Assembly (NCBI GenBank): GCA_000934665.2
Contig: JYFJ02004083.1
Span: 1 to 34,852 of the forward strand
Source: Catajapyx aquilonaris
Lineage: Eukaryota
Length of the DNA: 34,852 nt
Direction: 5' to 3'
How positions within the stretch are numbered: position 1 is the stretch's first letter; each line of letters begins with the position of its first letter. The notes under the pieces were generated by a model. That model was not told where the DNA came from, made no database searches, and was given only the letters and a program-made list of their open reading frames with translations. Positions 9,621-21,226 of the stretch are shown piece by piece. The translations under genes and the position numbers were made by a program.

Positions 9621-12618
9621 TGCTATGTATAGCTGTTGGAAAACGTGTCTGTTGGACCTATATTTAGTACTCGTTACGTCTTTGATCGCATCTACATGTT
9701 GGCCCTCATGGAGGAGAGGAAACGATTGAGTATAGTAATTAATAATTTGTGTACACTACACTGGATGGGCGCTCCAACACATTGCATTAAGACTCATGCA
9801 TTAGAAATATCAATTGCGACAATGTGCACAGTGCGCGACACATGGGAACGCAATCGTATGGGCAGCTCTAATTATTATTACACGTTCTCCAGTGCTCTCT
9901 GTACATTTGTGGAGAAAGGAAGCATCTAACTCGGATCTATCTATTCTTGCCTGGGAAAGATGATACTAATTTCTATCGTCCTGTCTCTTACTCCTTCTGT
10001 ACTCTTCATTCACGCCAAAGTTCTAGTGACCCGAAATTATTATGTGGACGAATATCTGTCTCCTTTAGTGTGGAGCACGCTCAGTCATGGTAACCTAGTG
10101 AACCTGGAGTGTCCCCTGGCCGTGACCCATGACCTCGGATGGGATGGGCCTAAACACCTGGGGGTCCTGGTGTCCAACATGTCCATGGCAGGAAGACCTG
10201 TCCTGCTGGCCAAATCGACTGGTACTCATCTGGAGAGGTGGGACTGCTCCTCGAAGGGATCCAGTGATCCGGAGAGTGATCCAGTCTCATTCCAAGCTAC
10301 TCGAGACTACAAGTGCTTGGTCAACCTGGTGACCACTTGCAGCCAGAACTACGGGGAAGTCATGGATGAACTGCTGGATCCGGAGGAAGGAGTGGTCCAG
10401 GTGAAGAGGAACAGGGACAGCTTCCTTCTCTGGATCAGGGACCAGCCAGATGAAGGATTCCTGCTGCAGGAACCGGCTTCAAAACTCAAGTTCAAGGTTG
10501 GCATCACCTTTAGAGGGAATGGGGCACCGGAATTGTTCACAGTCTGCTTCCACTGTGATGGGGGTGAACCCACAGTCGAGTCAGTTGCAGTTACATTTGA
10601 AGACACTCTTGGATCCTTTCTCTACAGAGACACAGCGACCAATTTTTATGGAAAGCACTTACGCACAATTTCATGGGTTAACTTCAGTTACGGAGAGTGT
10701 GAGGCTCATACGGATTTATTTATGCATTACCCCTGCTTCATGGGGCAGGCTCTCAATTTCAAGTGGCATGCAGAGTATGTGGACTTTGAAGACATGGCCA
10801 GAGATGTGAACAAAATGTTACAAACCCTAGATGATATAAAGAAAGGAAATCTGCCTTTCATACCACATATTCCTCTCTTAGAAATAACAAACTCGCTATT
10901 GGATATGATTACACCTCATATTGGAGACAGGATCACTTTCCTGGCAAGAAATCCAAAGGTGATCAACACTCCTCTACTAATCTTTTATCCTTACGAGTGT
11001 GTCCCCTGGTGTTGTTTCCTTTCTTCCTTTCTCGTCTATGGATTGTTCCTGGTTTGCTTCTCCAAAAGACAAGTCCTGCCCAACAGTGTCCCCTCCGCCT
11101 TTCACTCTCTACTAGGAAGTGTCAGATATTTGGCTCGAGTGACGCTTTCCCAACATCCACACTTGAAACGTGGAATATTTCCATCGTTTATGATTGCCGT
11201 ACTGTTTTGGCAATACTTTATTATCATCATAGATACAGGATACGTAACAAAGCTGTTTTACTTTCTGACCTACCCTCCCAGGGAGAAAGTGCCTCAAACT
11301 GTACCTGAAATTTTGAGATCTGATTTTTTGATAAATACGAATAATGACGTGTACACCTTGATCCAGTCTGGGGATTATGAGCCAATTTTTTTGGAAAAGC
11401 TTCAGGTGGTGGACAAAGAGCAATGTTACATGACAGTGATCGTGGAGAACAGAGTGTGTCTCCAAAGTGTAATATATCTGAGAAAGGGACTAACGAAAGA
11501 TTTGCCTTCGAGTGACGGGACTGTCCCTGCCTTTGTGTCAGACGATTCTCTTCTTGTCTTCTATCATTCATTGGCCTTGGTCAAAGGGAGCATTTACTCT
11601 CCCAATTTCGATTACTATGCACACGTATACAACAGCATTGGTCTCGGATTGAAGACTGATCGGTTTGAATCATTCAGAAGGTTATGGCGACTTGCCAGAA
11701 TGGCTGATGGCAACACAGAAGAAGAAGACGATGCCCGAGTAGTGTTTTCGATGCAGAAACTGCAGGGTGCCTTTTATATACTGCTGGGAGGAAATTCTTT
11801 GGGTCTAATCATCTTCATGAAGGAACATATTATGACGCAAAAGTTTTGAAATGTATGTTCACCCACTATAACATTTTCAGTTTGGTGCGGAACAAAAGGC
11901 AAGCATTCTTCTCCATTGCCAAGGAATATCTAGACGGAATGTTATTTTCTAATTCTATATTAGCACTCTATTGTATACGCTCTTGGAGAGAAAGACCTCA
12001 TTCTCCAATGGCTGTTATGGCTATTAGGTCTAGATATTTACGTTTCAATTTTATCTAATATTCCCACATTTACATGAAATTTTTGGACGCACTTGCTAAT
12101 TTTAAGAAGACCATTTGATTGATCTTTTGTCAAAGTGCTTATGGCCCTGCTAAATATCCTCACGTTACGACGGAGTGAAGCTAACATTCGGTGGCTATAT
12201 TTTCATGGATGACGAAGTCACAGTATATGTTTGAACCAAATTTGTATACCTTCTAGCATTTTCACATCGTTTGGCACCATAACGACATACCATTGGAAAT
12301 GTGTTTGTGTCGAAACATCTATCATGCTAAGTGTTAGAAACGGTTAGAAATGTCCCTGGTCCGTAAAATACGCGGAAAATGCGTTGGTTGCTACAGGGAA
12401 CATAGTTGCACATTCCACATACAGGGACCACATTCCGTGCAGTTTCTACTGAACTGAATTGCGCATGCCAGGTGCGTGCCAGAAAGCAGATAGGAGAGAC
12501 TTTGAACTCTGCTTTGGAATGAGCTTCTTGTCATGTGTGCCAAACATTCATTTGAATATCAGAGTTACATAGCAACACCGTCTTGACGCCATAATTACTT
12601 AATTGGAAAAACAACTTT
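9621..12618 (+). repeat. Tandem segmental duplication, copy B (IR2 with flanks)
   Basis: Direct, near-identical match to 3219-6092. Confidence 0.9.
9960..11849 (+). CDS. Divergent ionotropic receptor IR2, 629 aa, intronless; recent duplicate of IR1
   Basis: It has the same motifs as IR1 (signal peptide, FYPYECVPW, LFYFLTYPP, LQGAFYILLGG) and an intact ATG-to-stop ORF. Confidence 0.88.
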   Translation: MILISIVLSLTPSVLFIHAKVLVTRNYYVDEYLSPLVWSTLSHGNLVNLECPLAVTHDLGWDGPKHLGVLVSNMSMAGRPVLLAKSTGTHLERWDCSSKGSSDPESDPVSFQATRDYKCLVNLVTTCSQNYGEVMDELLDPEEGVVQVKRNRDSFLLWIRDQPDEGFLLQEPASKLKFKVGITFRGNGAPELFTVCFHCDGGEPTVESVAVTFEDTLGSFLYRDTATNFYGKHLRTISWVNFSYGECEAHTDLFMHYPCFMGQALNFKWHAEYVDFEDMARDVNKMLQTLDDIKKGNLPFIPHIPLLEITNSLLDMITPHIGDRITFLARNPKVINTPLLIFYPYECVPWCCFLSSFLVYGLFLVCFSKRQVLPNSVPSAFHSLLGSVRYLARVTLSQHPHLKRGIFPSFMIAVLFWQYFIIIIDTGYVTKLFYFLTYPPREKVPQTVPEILRSDFLINTNNDVYTLIQSGDYEPIFLEKLQVVDKEQCYMTVIVENRVCLQSVIYLRKGLTKDLPSSDGTVPAFVSDDSLLVFYHSLALVKGSIYSPNFDYYAHVYNSIGLGLKTDRFESFRRLWRLARMADGNTEEEDDARVVFSMQKLQGAFYILLGGNSLGLIIFMKEHIMTQKF

Positions 12619-12737
12619 CAGAAGCCTCGAATGGGTGAGGTGTCAAAATCGTTACCTCGCTCATGACATCCCTTTTTAAGCAATTGCATTGTGTTCATGG
12701 CTGACTAATTCGCAGTGGGTTGGACTGACTATAGAAG

Positions 12738-12838
12738 TTTCGCATCGTGTGTCACCATAACGACATACCTTCGGACGTGGACGGGGTCGAAACATCGATC
12801 TTACCAAATGGTCTGAATGTCCTTGGTCGGTGCAGTTT
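12738..12838 (+). repeat. Degenerate third copy of an IR 3'-flank segment
   Basis: CATCGTGTGTCACCATAACGACATACC...GTCGAAACATCGATC...AATGTCCTTGGTC matches ~12260-12362 and ~5740-5843. Confidence 0.7.
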
Positions 12839-13045
12839 ATGGACATTTTGTATGTTTCAACAATAGCCTACCTTAGGGGTACCTGGGAGTGGGTACTGAC
12901 TTTTGAAACGATCAGAATTCCAATATTTCTTTACACTGCAGGATATGTTCGCGAAAGCTTCTTTCACTGAATGATGTATGGATGTTATCCACACTGGCGG
13001 GTCGGGCATGATTGTGTCACTAGCTCCATTGTGACGTGCGCAGGT

Positions 13046-14439
13046 TTATTCCGCCATTCTGAACTGCGCTACGATGACCAGAAAGGTGACGCAAGAATTT
13101 GCAATCTGGTGGGTAAGACAGAGAAAAAATTACATGAGCAACGTTTGGGCAACTGGGTGACATTTGACCTATACCGTAACAAGAATTCCGCTCCTAACGT
13201 TGAAAAAGTACGCCGAAATCTCGGCCTTGCGTGCTGACATTTTAGCAGCCAGAGCTTGAAATAACAGCTTGCTGTCCAGGTCAAAATATGACAAGTCTAT
13301 CTGGTGAATGACATTGCCACAAGCTGATGCCTGGGGAGGAATAAGCAGGACATGTAATGCACTATATAGATATATACCCACTGTACCCACATGTAATGCA
13401 CTTGAAACATATTGTAAAGAGAAGCAACATTATTCTGGAACCTTGCATATGAGAATGTTATTAATGACTGCATGGAAAAACAATTAAGTATTTTTATCAA
13501 CATCGGCAAGCGGAATGTGATGCTTGTGGAGCATTGTTACTGTACCTGCCGTGGAAGTCGCTCCATGAGACACGTGGTAAAGACGAGAGCACTTATCCTG
13601 TTCATGATGAAGAGGACCGTCCAAGCAGTAGGGTCCCCACTTTGGAGTATAATGCTTGAGGATGTTGTGACTACACTTACAAGCAAGTGGAGATAAGCGA
13701 CGGCCACGGCCAAAGAGTAACATTCGTTTATAGAATCGACCAAATTGCAGAGATGGACAAAAGCACCGCTCAAATGTGTCAAACGAGGCGGGAGTTTGCG
13801 ATAAGCCAATTGGAAGTCTTCATCAGAAGGGAACTCCAGAGGCAACAGAAGTGTTATTGTTAGGATATTCTCATCCACCATTTTAATCCTGGCTCTGATA
13901 GATTCAGAAAAGAACACAACCTGCATCAGCACGACATAGGATGTGCTCGTAATGATAACGTACAATGTCAGCGTTAGTGCCACGCTCCAATCTGATGGGC
14001 GTGTCATGATTTCAAATACGCTGACAGCTACCACATAAATGCAATATAACACCGACACAGCCAGTGCCACATTCCTGGCCTTCTTATTTATCTTGAGAGT
14101 TTCTGGCATTCGCTTATCAAAGTCATGCAGGCATGTTAGCACTTTAAAAATACTGTGACATTGACAACATGATAGAAGAGCGTAGAGAGAAATGGCAGTG
14201 AGGTTTATGCTGACCATATTTGTGAGCACTACAACATGGCTGACACTTCCTAACATGGGCAGTTCTTTTCCAGAAATGGTCAAGAACCACATTACGCTCA
14301 TCAAAATGCACATGATTGGAGTTGTCAAGAAGAGGTACCACCTCCTCGAATATTCTCCACGACTTGTTCTAACCGGGGTAACCAGTCCTAACAACTGCGA
14401 TAGAAGGGATATTGGACGAAATGCCTCGAAGATATCCAT
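13046..14439 (-). CDS. Gustatory receptor (7tm_7 family), 369 aa; exons 14439-13546, 13330-13175, 13105-13046
   Basis: The start is GR-like (MDIFEAFRPISLLSQLLGL) and there are multiple hydrophobic helices. Two canonical phase-0 GT-AG introns (215 bp and 69 bp) join the exons to give ...ERLPRQ/ASACG...EISAYFFNVRSGILVT/IANSCVTFLVIVAQFRMAE*, which contains the GR TM7 signature T(Y/F)hhhhhQF. Confidence 0.9.
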
Positions 14440-15097
14440 AGTGGAACCAAGTGAGAGAACACACCTATGGAGTGAGCACTACAATAGTCCACTATATGTA
14501 TTGCAGGGTGAGACCGAGAATACTCTCAATCCGTTTCCAATAATCACTTGTTGACAGAAGTGGGAGTCGCCCTCATCACTTATTTCAGCAAACAGCACCG
14601 TCAGCTTTTTGCGGTCAATTGTCAGTGTGTCAAAGCAGTATGCCGATCGTTTTGTAATTTTGTGTCACCTACGGTCTATTCATTGCAAATGCATTCATTG
14701 TGGCGGGAGGTTGAATCAATAAAAATAGATTCAGTGGAAGGGACACTTTTGCACATTTTGAGTAAAAATGTACAGGCCTTGTTATGGAAGTATATGTCGG
14801 GTCCAGCCTTTCGAGTTTTGTCATATAGCCGAGGTTTTCATATCCGGAGTTGGCCATATTATATTTATTTGCTCACTGCATCAATTTCAATGTTTAATCT
14901 GCATGGTCGCTGAATACTAATATACTGTACAATGAAACTTGGAAGTGTGGCAATTACGCCATTCCAGATATGATCGGCGATGACATCGCAGATCAAATCG
15001 CCCACATGTAAACGTGGCTTTAATGATGCACACTGAATCCCAACCTGTAAAGCTGAAGCTAAATCACAAAATTGGGTGGGTAAATTTCTGCAAAGGT

Positions 15098-15103
15098 TTT
15101 ATT
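15098..15103 (-). promoter_or_regulatory. Putative polyadenylation signal (AATAAA) of FBXL2
   Basis: AATAAA lies about 310 bp after the stop. It is conserved in the same context (TTTTATTGG) at 20928-20933 behind FBXL3. Confidence 0.55.
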
Positions 15104-15412
15104 GGCACTAATGAACGATACTAACTACTTTTTGAATACATATTGAACCTCGCCAATGTGTTTTTTTTGTTATGCTAAACGGAACACATTTCTGTATAAT
15201 TATACTGTAGAAGGACTCATGATTGTGATACAGTGTTAGATCATGATGAGAGGTACACTTAAATGGATTCATCATGTAAACACCGTATATGAAACCAACA
15301 TGACATTACAGCAATAATAATACTGCAATAAGTATCCGAAGTGATACGGATCTTTGCAAGGCATAGAGGGCATGAAAGCGATAATCTACATGACAAATGA
15401 GATGGTTAGTTT

Positions 15413-16609
15413 TCAGTCGTCAGAGTCACTTCCGCGACCATTCCAATAGTAGTCATCCAAGAAATCATCAGGGTAACAAATGGGAACATCATGAAACACC
15501 ACCTGAACACCTTCCTTGGTACACGAGGCAATAAAGCCCAAGGTGACATCTATGTGTGAGTACCAAACATCCAGTCTCCTGAGTGTAGTTGGTGCACGGT
15601 TGGTTATGAAATTATGAAGGCACATAGTCTTTATGAGATATACGTTATAAGTAAATGTAAAGGCCTGAAGAGCCCTGCAGTTTTTTGATATAGCTTCCAG
15701 GCATGTCTCAGTGATACTGATGCCTTTCACATTCAGTTCCTCCAGCTGTCCAGCAAAGGACTGCCTGGATAGCAAGGCATGAAGAGCCCCAGTTGAAGCA
15801 AATAAAGCTCCTGGAATGACGAGTTGACGCAGGTTGGTGAGTGTGCCAATGCCACTTAACAAACTTTCGGCAGTCAAACCACGAGATTCCTCAATTTTGA
15901 GTACTTTCAGTCGATGACACATGGCCAGTAGGAGCCAAGCATCTCCGCTCATTCGGTCCATCTCCAATCTCTCCAGTTGTGGTCCGATCCTGGTCAGCAT
16001 CAACACCTGCCATTTACTTGGAAGGTGGTTAACAATCAACTCCTTCAAATTTTGGTAGTGCCAAATAAGGCCAGTGGGTACGTTTTCGTAACGGCAATAG
16101 TTAATCTCGCACATGGCAAACTTCTGCAACTGAGAGCAGCGAGAGAAAATGGTGAGCAAGTGCCGATCGCTTGATCTGAAGTCCAATAGACGAAAATCGC
16201 ATGACACGAGTTTGGTGCAGGACAGGGCCAGTGCTTTCATCGGGTCCCCTGTGGCGTAACAATCAATCAGAACCAACTCCTCCAGTTCCAGGCAGTGTCT
16301 GGCCACTGTTGTCAAAATATTGTCGCAGCTTTGATCTTTGTGTTTCCATTCAGTCACCTTCAACTTCTTAAGTGATGGCGATTTCTTCAGCTGATCCAGC
16401 ACCACTTGGACGGGGATGTCTCCAGTCACCTCCATGGTCTTCCATAGCCTTGAGTCATTCTGGATGACCTCTGCCCAGCTCTTGCAGACCTGCGATGCGG
16501 TCATCAGCTTCTCCTTTGTAGTCAAATAGGAGAAAATCTTGACCTTGAGGTCCCGACGTGTAAGCTTGGTGTTGAACAGATCAACAGCTGCCATTGGTGA
16601 GGCTGCCAT
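15413..16609 (-). CDS. F-box/LRR-repeat protein, paralog 2, 398 aa, single coding exon
   Basis: F-box (DLKVKIFSYLTTKEKLMTASQVCKSWAEVIQNDSRLW) plus LRRs and an acidic C-terminal tail. The first ATG is at 16609. Confidence 0.9.
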   Translation of the reverse strand: MAASPMAAVDLFNTKLTRRDLKVKIFSYLTTKEKLMTASQVCKSWAEVIQNDSRLWKTMEVTGDIPVQVVLDQLKKSPSLKKLKVTEWKHKDQSCDNILTTVARHCLELEELVLIDCYATGDPMKALALSCTKLVSCDFRLLDFRSSDRHLLTIFSRCSQLQKFAMCEINYCRYENVPTGLIWHYQNLKELIVNHLPSKWQVLMLTRIGPQLERLEMDRMSGDAWLLLAMCHRLKVLKIEESRGLTAESLLSGIGTLTNLRQLVIPGALFASTGALHALLSRQSFAGQLEELNVKGISITETCLEAISKNCRALQAFTFTYNVYLIKTMCLHNFITNRAPTTLRRLDVWYSHIDVTLGFIASCTKEGVQVVFHDVPICYPDDFLDDYYWNGRGSDSDD

Positions 16610-17888
16610 ATGGGATTCCTGACGAGGGTTGTTCACGATCGGTGTCAGAGATGTCCAGTCTGAAACAATAAAATTTATTTAGATTTCATACATAAAATTC
16701 ACTATTTTTCAATTTAGAATAGGAAATTGTGAATAAAACAGTGTTGAAACATACGTAATATGATCATTATTATTGATAGGGCATAACAGCCAGTGAATGA
16801 ACATTTAGTAATTATCCTTAAAACATGATCTTAAAAGCTTTGTACTGGCAGGTCGGCAGCAGTAACTTCATTCCATCCAATAGGAATAGCCCTATATCTG
16901 ACACCTGATATTGGCCACTCAGGTCACATGCCATTCTCCTAGAAAAATGGCGAATTATTGTGCATGCCTGTACAGCAAATTGTTTCTCCATTTAAGTACA
17001 GTAATAAGTTGAGTGCGAGGTTGAATGTCCACGGGGGCACGGTGGTCTAGTGGCGTTGTATGCTCAACTATACCGAGTCCTTTATCTTTCGGAATTAGTA
17101 AACGAGAGACAGTATTTTCCATTTTCCATTTCCTGCAGTTCATGTTTCATTTTCATGACGTAACATGAGTCATTTTTAAAGCTAAACATTATTGTCGATT
17201 TTTACTTCAGGACCATTAGGAGGGAAATTCCAAAGGAAATTATTTTTACTGTATAGTTATTAGCATAAATTAAATAAACACACAACATTAAAACGTCTAA
17301 ATGAAACTTTGTGGTTTTAAAATTGAAATCCCGCGTGTTCACTAACTGCCATAAGGGGTCATTCGATGGTAGAACGATGGTTTCTGTACAACTTTTTATT
17401 TGGACCTCCAAATGATTCAAAGTAATACAATATAGAGAATATACCTATAAGGTCCCTGCTTCGTTTGTAGATTTTACATAATATATTATAACTTAATATA
17501 ATAACAGACACGAACAGACTTGTTATACTATATCATACACCACTAGCTACATTAAATTCTTAATATAAAGGGTGACTTCTATGGTGTGTAGTGGCTGCCT
17601 AGAGAAGCAGTTTGAGATGGGACACCCGCCGGTAACCGGAAAACCCCATACCAACGGAGCTATAGAAGTAATATGTCCCAAATTACAGCCTACACCCTGA
17701 TATACCGGTACAGTATTCCGCATATAAAATACATTGCGAGAATTCCGCACATTGCTGTGACTCCAGCGGCATCATGTAGCCTATATTCCCCTAGAGTGCA
17801 CAGAACTGCACAGATACCATATATTAAAATACGTATATGCACAGAATGTTTCACTCCTGTACTTCCTTTTTCTCGTCGCCATTACGCT

Positions 17889-17902
17889 TGACCTACTGAC
17901 CT
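17889..17902 (-). promoter_or_regulatory. Nuclear-receptor DR2-type motif (AGGTCAgtAGGTCA) in a conserved block upstream of FBXL2
   Basis: TGACCTACTGACCT on the + strand. The paralogous block upstream of FBXL3 keeps both half-sites. Confidence 0.4.
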
Positions 17903-18904
17903 TGGAAAGCATCACATTCTACGTAGTTGTACTTTTATTCTTTTTGGTAAAACCAGGCATGACAATATTGTCGGTGACATCAAAAAATTTACGCGCATTT
18001 TTTAATCATACATTATTTGCTTTCATAGAGGCACACGTTACACGGCCGTTTTGAATCGCTTTTCTGAGAGCCGCTTCGCCTAGAGCGATTCATCGCTGTC
18101 GTGCAACTTATGCTAAAGCGCTTCAAAACTCTAAGTGATGTTCGCTAGCGCCTTAAGATAAACTTCCTTGTACAATCGATTCAAGGGATTAGAAGCGGGT
18201 TAAGCCTGCCTTGTAACTGGAAGACCCTTCAAGAGCGCTCTAAAATACGTTGCCAGCTGTGTTTTTGCAGTTACTGGGTTCGCAAAAAAAAAACTACATA
18301 ACCACTAAATAGCCCTCATATGAGATATATTTATATTTGAATGTTGCCATTTTGTAATTATTTTGCATTCCAAAACAAGCAACTGAAAAGTGCAGGAATC
18401 TTAATTCTCATTTCACTGGTTATGGTAGATGATGGGCAATTTTCAGAGTTACTTCTGATTCACTGCAATTGAGTTGAAGAATAATAATGGTTCCAAAAAA
18501 GTGGTCCCCATTGTATTACCCCATTTGAAGAGTGTGCAGTCATCCCATTTTTCAGAAATTCCATCTTTAGTGAACCAGACATAACTAATAATCAGAGGAA
18601 ACTAACAAACTGTTTCAACGTATTATCGGTTCGAGGCGAATAATCGTCTTGCGTAAACCGGAAATCCGTTTTTAAAAACACGTGCAATCGCGTGTTGCCG
18701 ATTAAACGTTTCTGATACACGAGTATCCTAAAAACACGTTTATACGTATACACTACGGATAATGGGGCCACCTTTAGTCAAAATGCATGCGCTAATGCTG
18801 AAACCTGGATGCTGTACAGTACAGTGCAAGCATAATTACGTCATGGTGATGGTGGCCCAATGGCCTATTGCAGCCTGAATCCCTCCATATACCTGATGCC
18901 CAAT

Positions 18905-19161
18905 GTCCCCTTCCACCTCGTCGTCTTCTCCAGCGAGGGACTGCGATGACCCTCTGTCTGTCCATTCCACTTTATGTCCTACACACTCCCCAACCGACCT
19001 CCAGACACCTGGCTCTCTTCTGGACTGGCAGGGGAAGTAGGGAGGGAATCGTGTCCTTTCCTGCAACAGTGCCTTATTCACTTCGGAACCTTACGTCATA
19101 AGCCGGGCTCAATGAGCGGGGAAAAACCTCAATGTTGTGTTTCTTCGAGTCTTATAAAAAA
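18905..19161 (+). mobile_element. Non-LTR retroposon 3' end, family copy A (diverged)
   Basis: GCCTTATTCACTTCGGAACCTTA...GCCGGGCTCAATGAGCGGGGAAAAACC is followed by an A-rich end and matches copies B-D. Confidence 0.6.
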
Positions 19162-20499
19162 TGGGACCAATTTGACGCCGTCCTGTGAAATGAAGCTGTG
19201 TTCTATAAGTTCAACCATATCTCCGGTTATTATTATTAGGCCGAGAGTTTATTAGACTAATCCATGGTAGAGCACGGTGCGCGTTGGAGTATGATAACAT
19301 TTGAACTCTTTAATCATAATAAACCACACAAATCTCGATATAGCCGAAATGGGCTTGAATGATTTACGTGATGAATTAGGAAAATTATCCAGTCATTAGA
19401 AAAATAGATGACAAGAGAGTTGCTTAATTCCCTGTCATCCGAAGAACCTCTTTTACTTTTTATATATATATTTTTAAAAGTAGCCAAAACGAGCGAATTG
19501 TACGATTAAAAACTTAACACTCTTCGCCCCTGCCTTGTGCTTCGTCGCATTTATCAGTGTGCCTTTTGACAAATGTACAGTATTTTCTATGGATTCCTAT
19601 GCTTCTCCTTATCATTTCTTTTCTTACTCTATGCCCTGGTTATCATTTTTTGTACTCAATATCGTATAACTGGTGTCTGCTGGTGTCCCCCTAAAAGGGA
19701 TCTGTGCTATCACGGGGCGTGAAAAATAAATAAATAAATAATAAATAAAATATCTGGGGACAGAGTTATAGTAGCGAAATATGCGAAATTTTAGAACGCA
19801 AGGAAATTTATGCATGATTTTAACAGTAAATTACCACTGCATCGTCCTTGGCAGAGTCATAATTATTTATAATTATTATCCTCCTGGTAATAGCTGACAC
19901 CTCCATAAATTATTAAAAGCAATAAATAATTCGTGCATATTGAATGATTATGAGATTTCTGACATATTGAATCGAGAAGAATAAATTGACGGCTGGAATA
20001 TTAATCTTCGCACATTATCTTATGCTGCTCGGATGACAGCCATTAATTATTGTAATTTATCGGTTAGCTCAATTTCATTTTGTTTGAAGAATCCTTTCCT
20101 TCCGATCCTCCCCTATATTGATTGACCTGTTGACATTGGCACTGTCCCACCCTGTGCATATTTAACTGAATGTTCTCGAGCATGTTTCAAAATGCTCGTT
20201 GTGTAGACTTGTACCGCCAACAATGCACGAGGTGAAGGGAGTTTTTCTAGCTGGCTACTATAAGGGCTGGTTCTGGGCTGGTTTCAGTTAAAAAGTTAAA
20301 AGTATGAAAGAAGCTTGGTCAAATGTATACTGCAGTGGAGAGAATACACTGGGCAACAAATTTTGACAATTAAATCAAGGCTCTTAGTTAGATTAAAGTA
20401 GTCATTTTGTTTAAATATTTCAAGGTCATGAACACGAATATGACAATGAAAACACAAAATTGGCATAAAACTTTAGATATTCGTTGCTAAAGTGGCGAT

Positions 20500-20589
20500 T
20501 TGGCTATAACAGACTTTGGTTATAACTTATAACATAGGCTACTGATTTCCGCGGTCCCTTGAAGACTCTTATAATCTGGAGTCAACTGT
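20500..20589. mobile_element. Possible pogo/Tigger-like MITE terminus
   Basis: The end reads CAGTTGACTCCAGATTATAAG on the - strand, with internal (G/C)TATAAC repeats. The second terminus was not found. Confidence 0.3.
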
Positions 20590-20850
20590 GCAAGGTAATC
20601 TGTAGGCACTGCAATCGCTCACCATTCATAAGCTTATAACGAACAAATTGCCCTTCCTCTCTACAACACTAAACCGGATTTTTTTTTTCCAACGAAGCGT
20701 CTAAAACATTAATCCGAATAATTGTTTCTCATTCGACGCCTCATGCAGTCTTTTAGGTTCCGTCAAAAACTTTACACAAGCACAAGGAGTGATACTGGAT
20801 TCTTAACGATTTATTTCCAATATTCAGAAGAAAGGCATAAAGATTGGTAA

Positions 20851-20887
20851 AGCTGTAGAGCTGTGGAGCTATAGAGATGTAGAGCTG
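20851..20887. repeat. Short 8-bp tandem repeat (AGCTGTAG-like, about 4.5 units)
   Basis: AGCTGTAG AGCTGTGG AGCTATAG AGATGTAG AGCTG. Confidence 0.7.
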
Positions 20888-20927
20888 AAAATACAGAGAC
20901 TTAATTTCTGCATATTATAATAGTTAT

Positions 20928-20933
20928 TTTATT
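20928..20933 (-). promoter_or_regulatory. Putative polyadenylation signal (AATAAA) of FBXL3
   Basis: It lies about 295 bp after the stop, in the same context as 15098-15103. Confidence 0.55.
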
Positions 20934-21226
20934 GGAACTTAAGAGCAATAAACAATGTCCTGAATGTATCCTGTATTTCTCCGCGTCTTTTGTTACAGTT
21001 CTCATTGCTCATCAGTAAGTAAGCATTGACATTTCTGAATACAGCAGTAGGGCTATGTGTTACAGTGTGTGGTCATGATGAGAGACACAAGGCAAACCAT
21101 ATAAAACCCACATGGCAGCACATAACTAAGTTAATAAATTTCCAAATTGACACTGATCCTGTAAGGTGTAATAAGGCAAACATAGCATGAAATCCCTAAT
21201 ATGCATGTCACATGTGATAGTTAATT

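Noticed and set aside
14965..18278. Isolated TIR-like ends (TGTAAACGTGGCTTTA ~15007-15022, ACACCCTGATATA ~17692-17704, GTTACTGGG ~18270-18278)
   Set aside because: They resemble Harbinger, mariner and EnSpm termini, but no partner TIR or TSD could be found.
6547..19751. (TAAA)n tracts at ~6547, ~9333 (reverse) and ~19724 that could be LINE/SINE tails
   Set aside because: There is no second copy or coding remnant in the window to define the elements.
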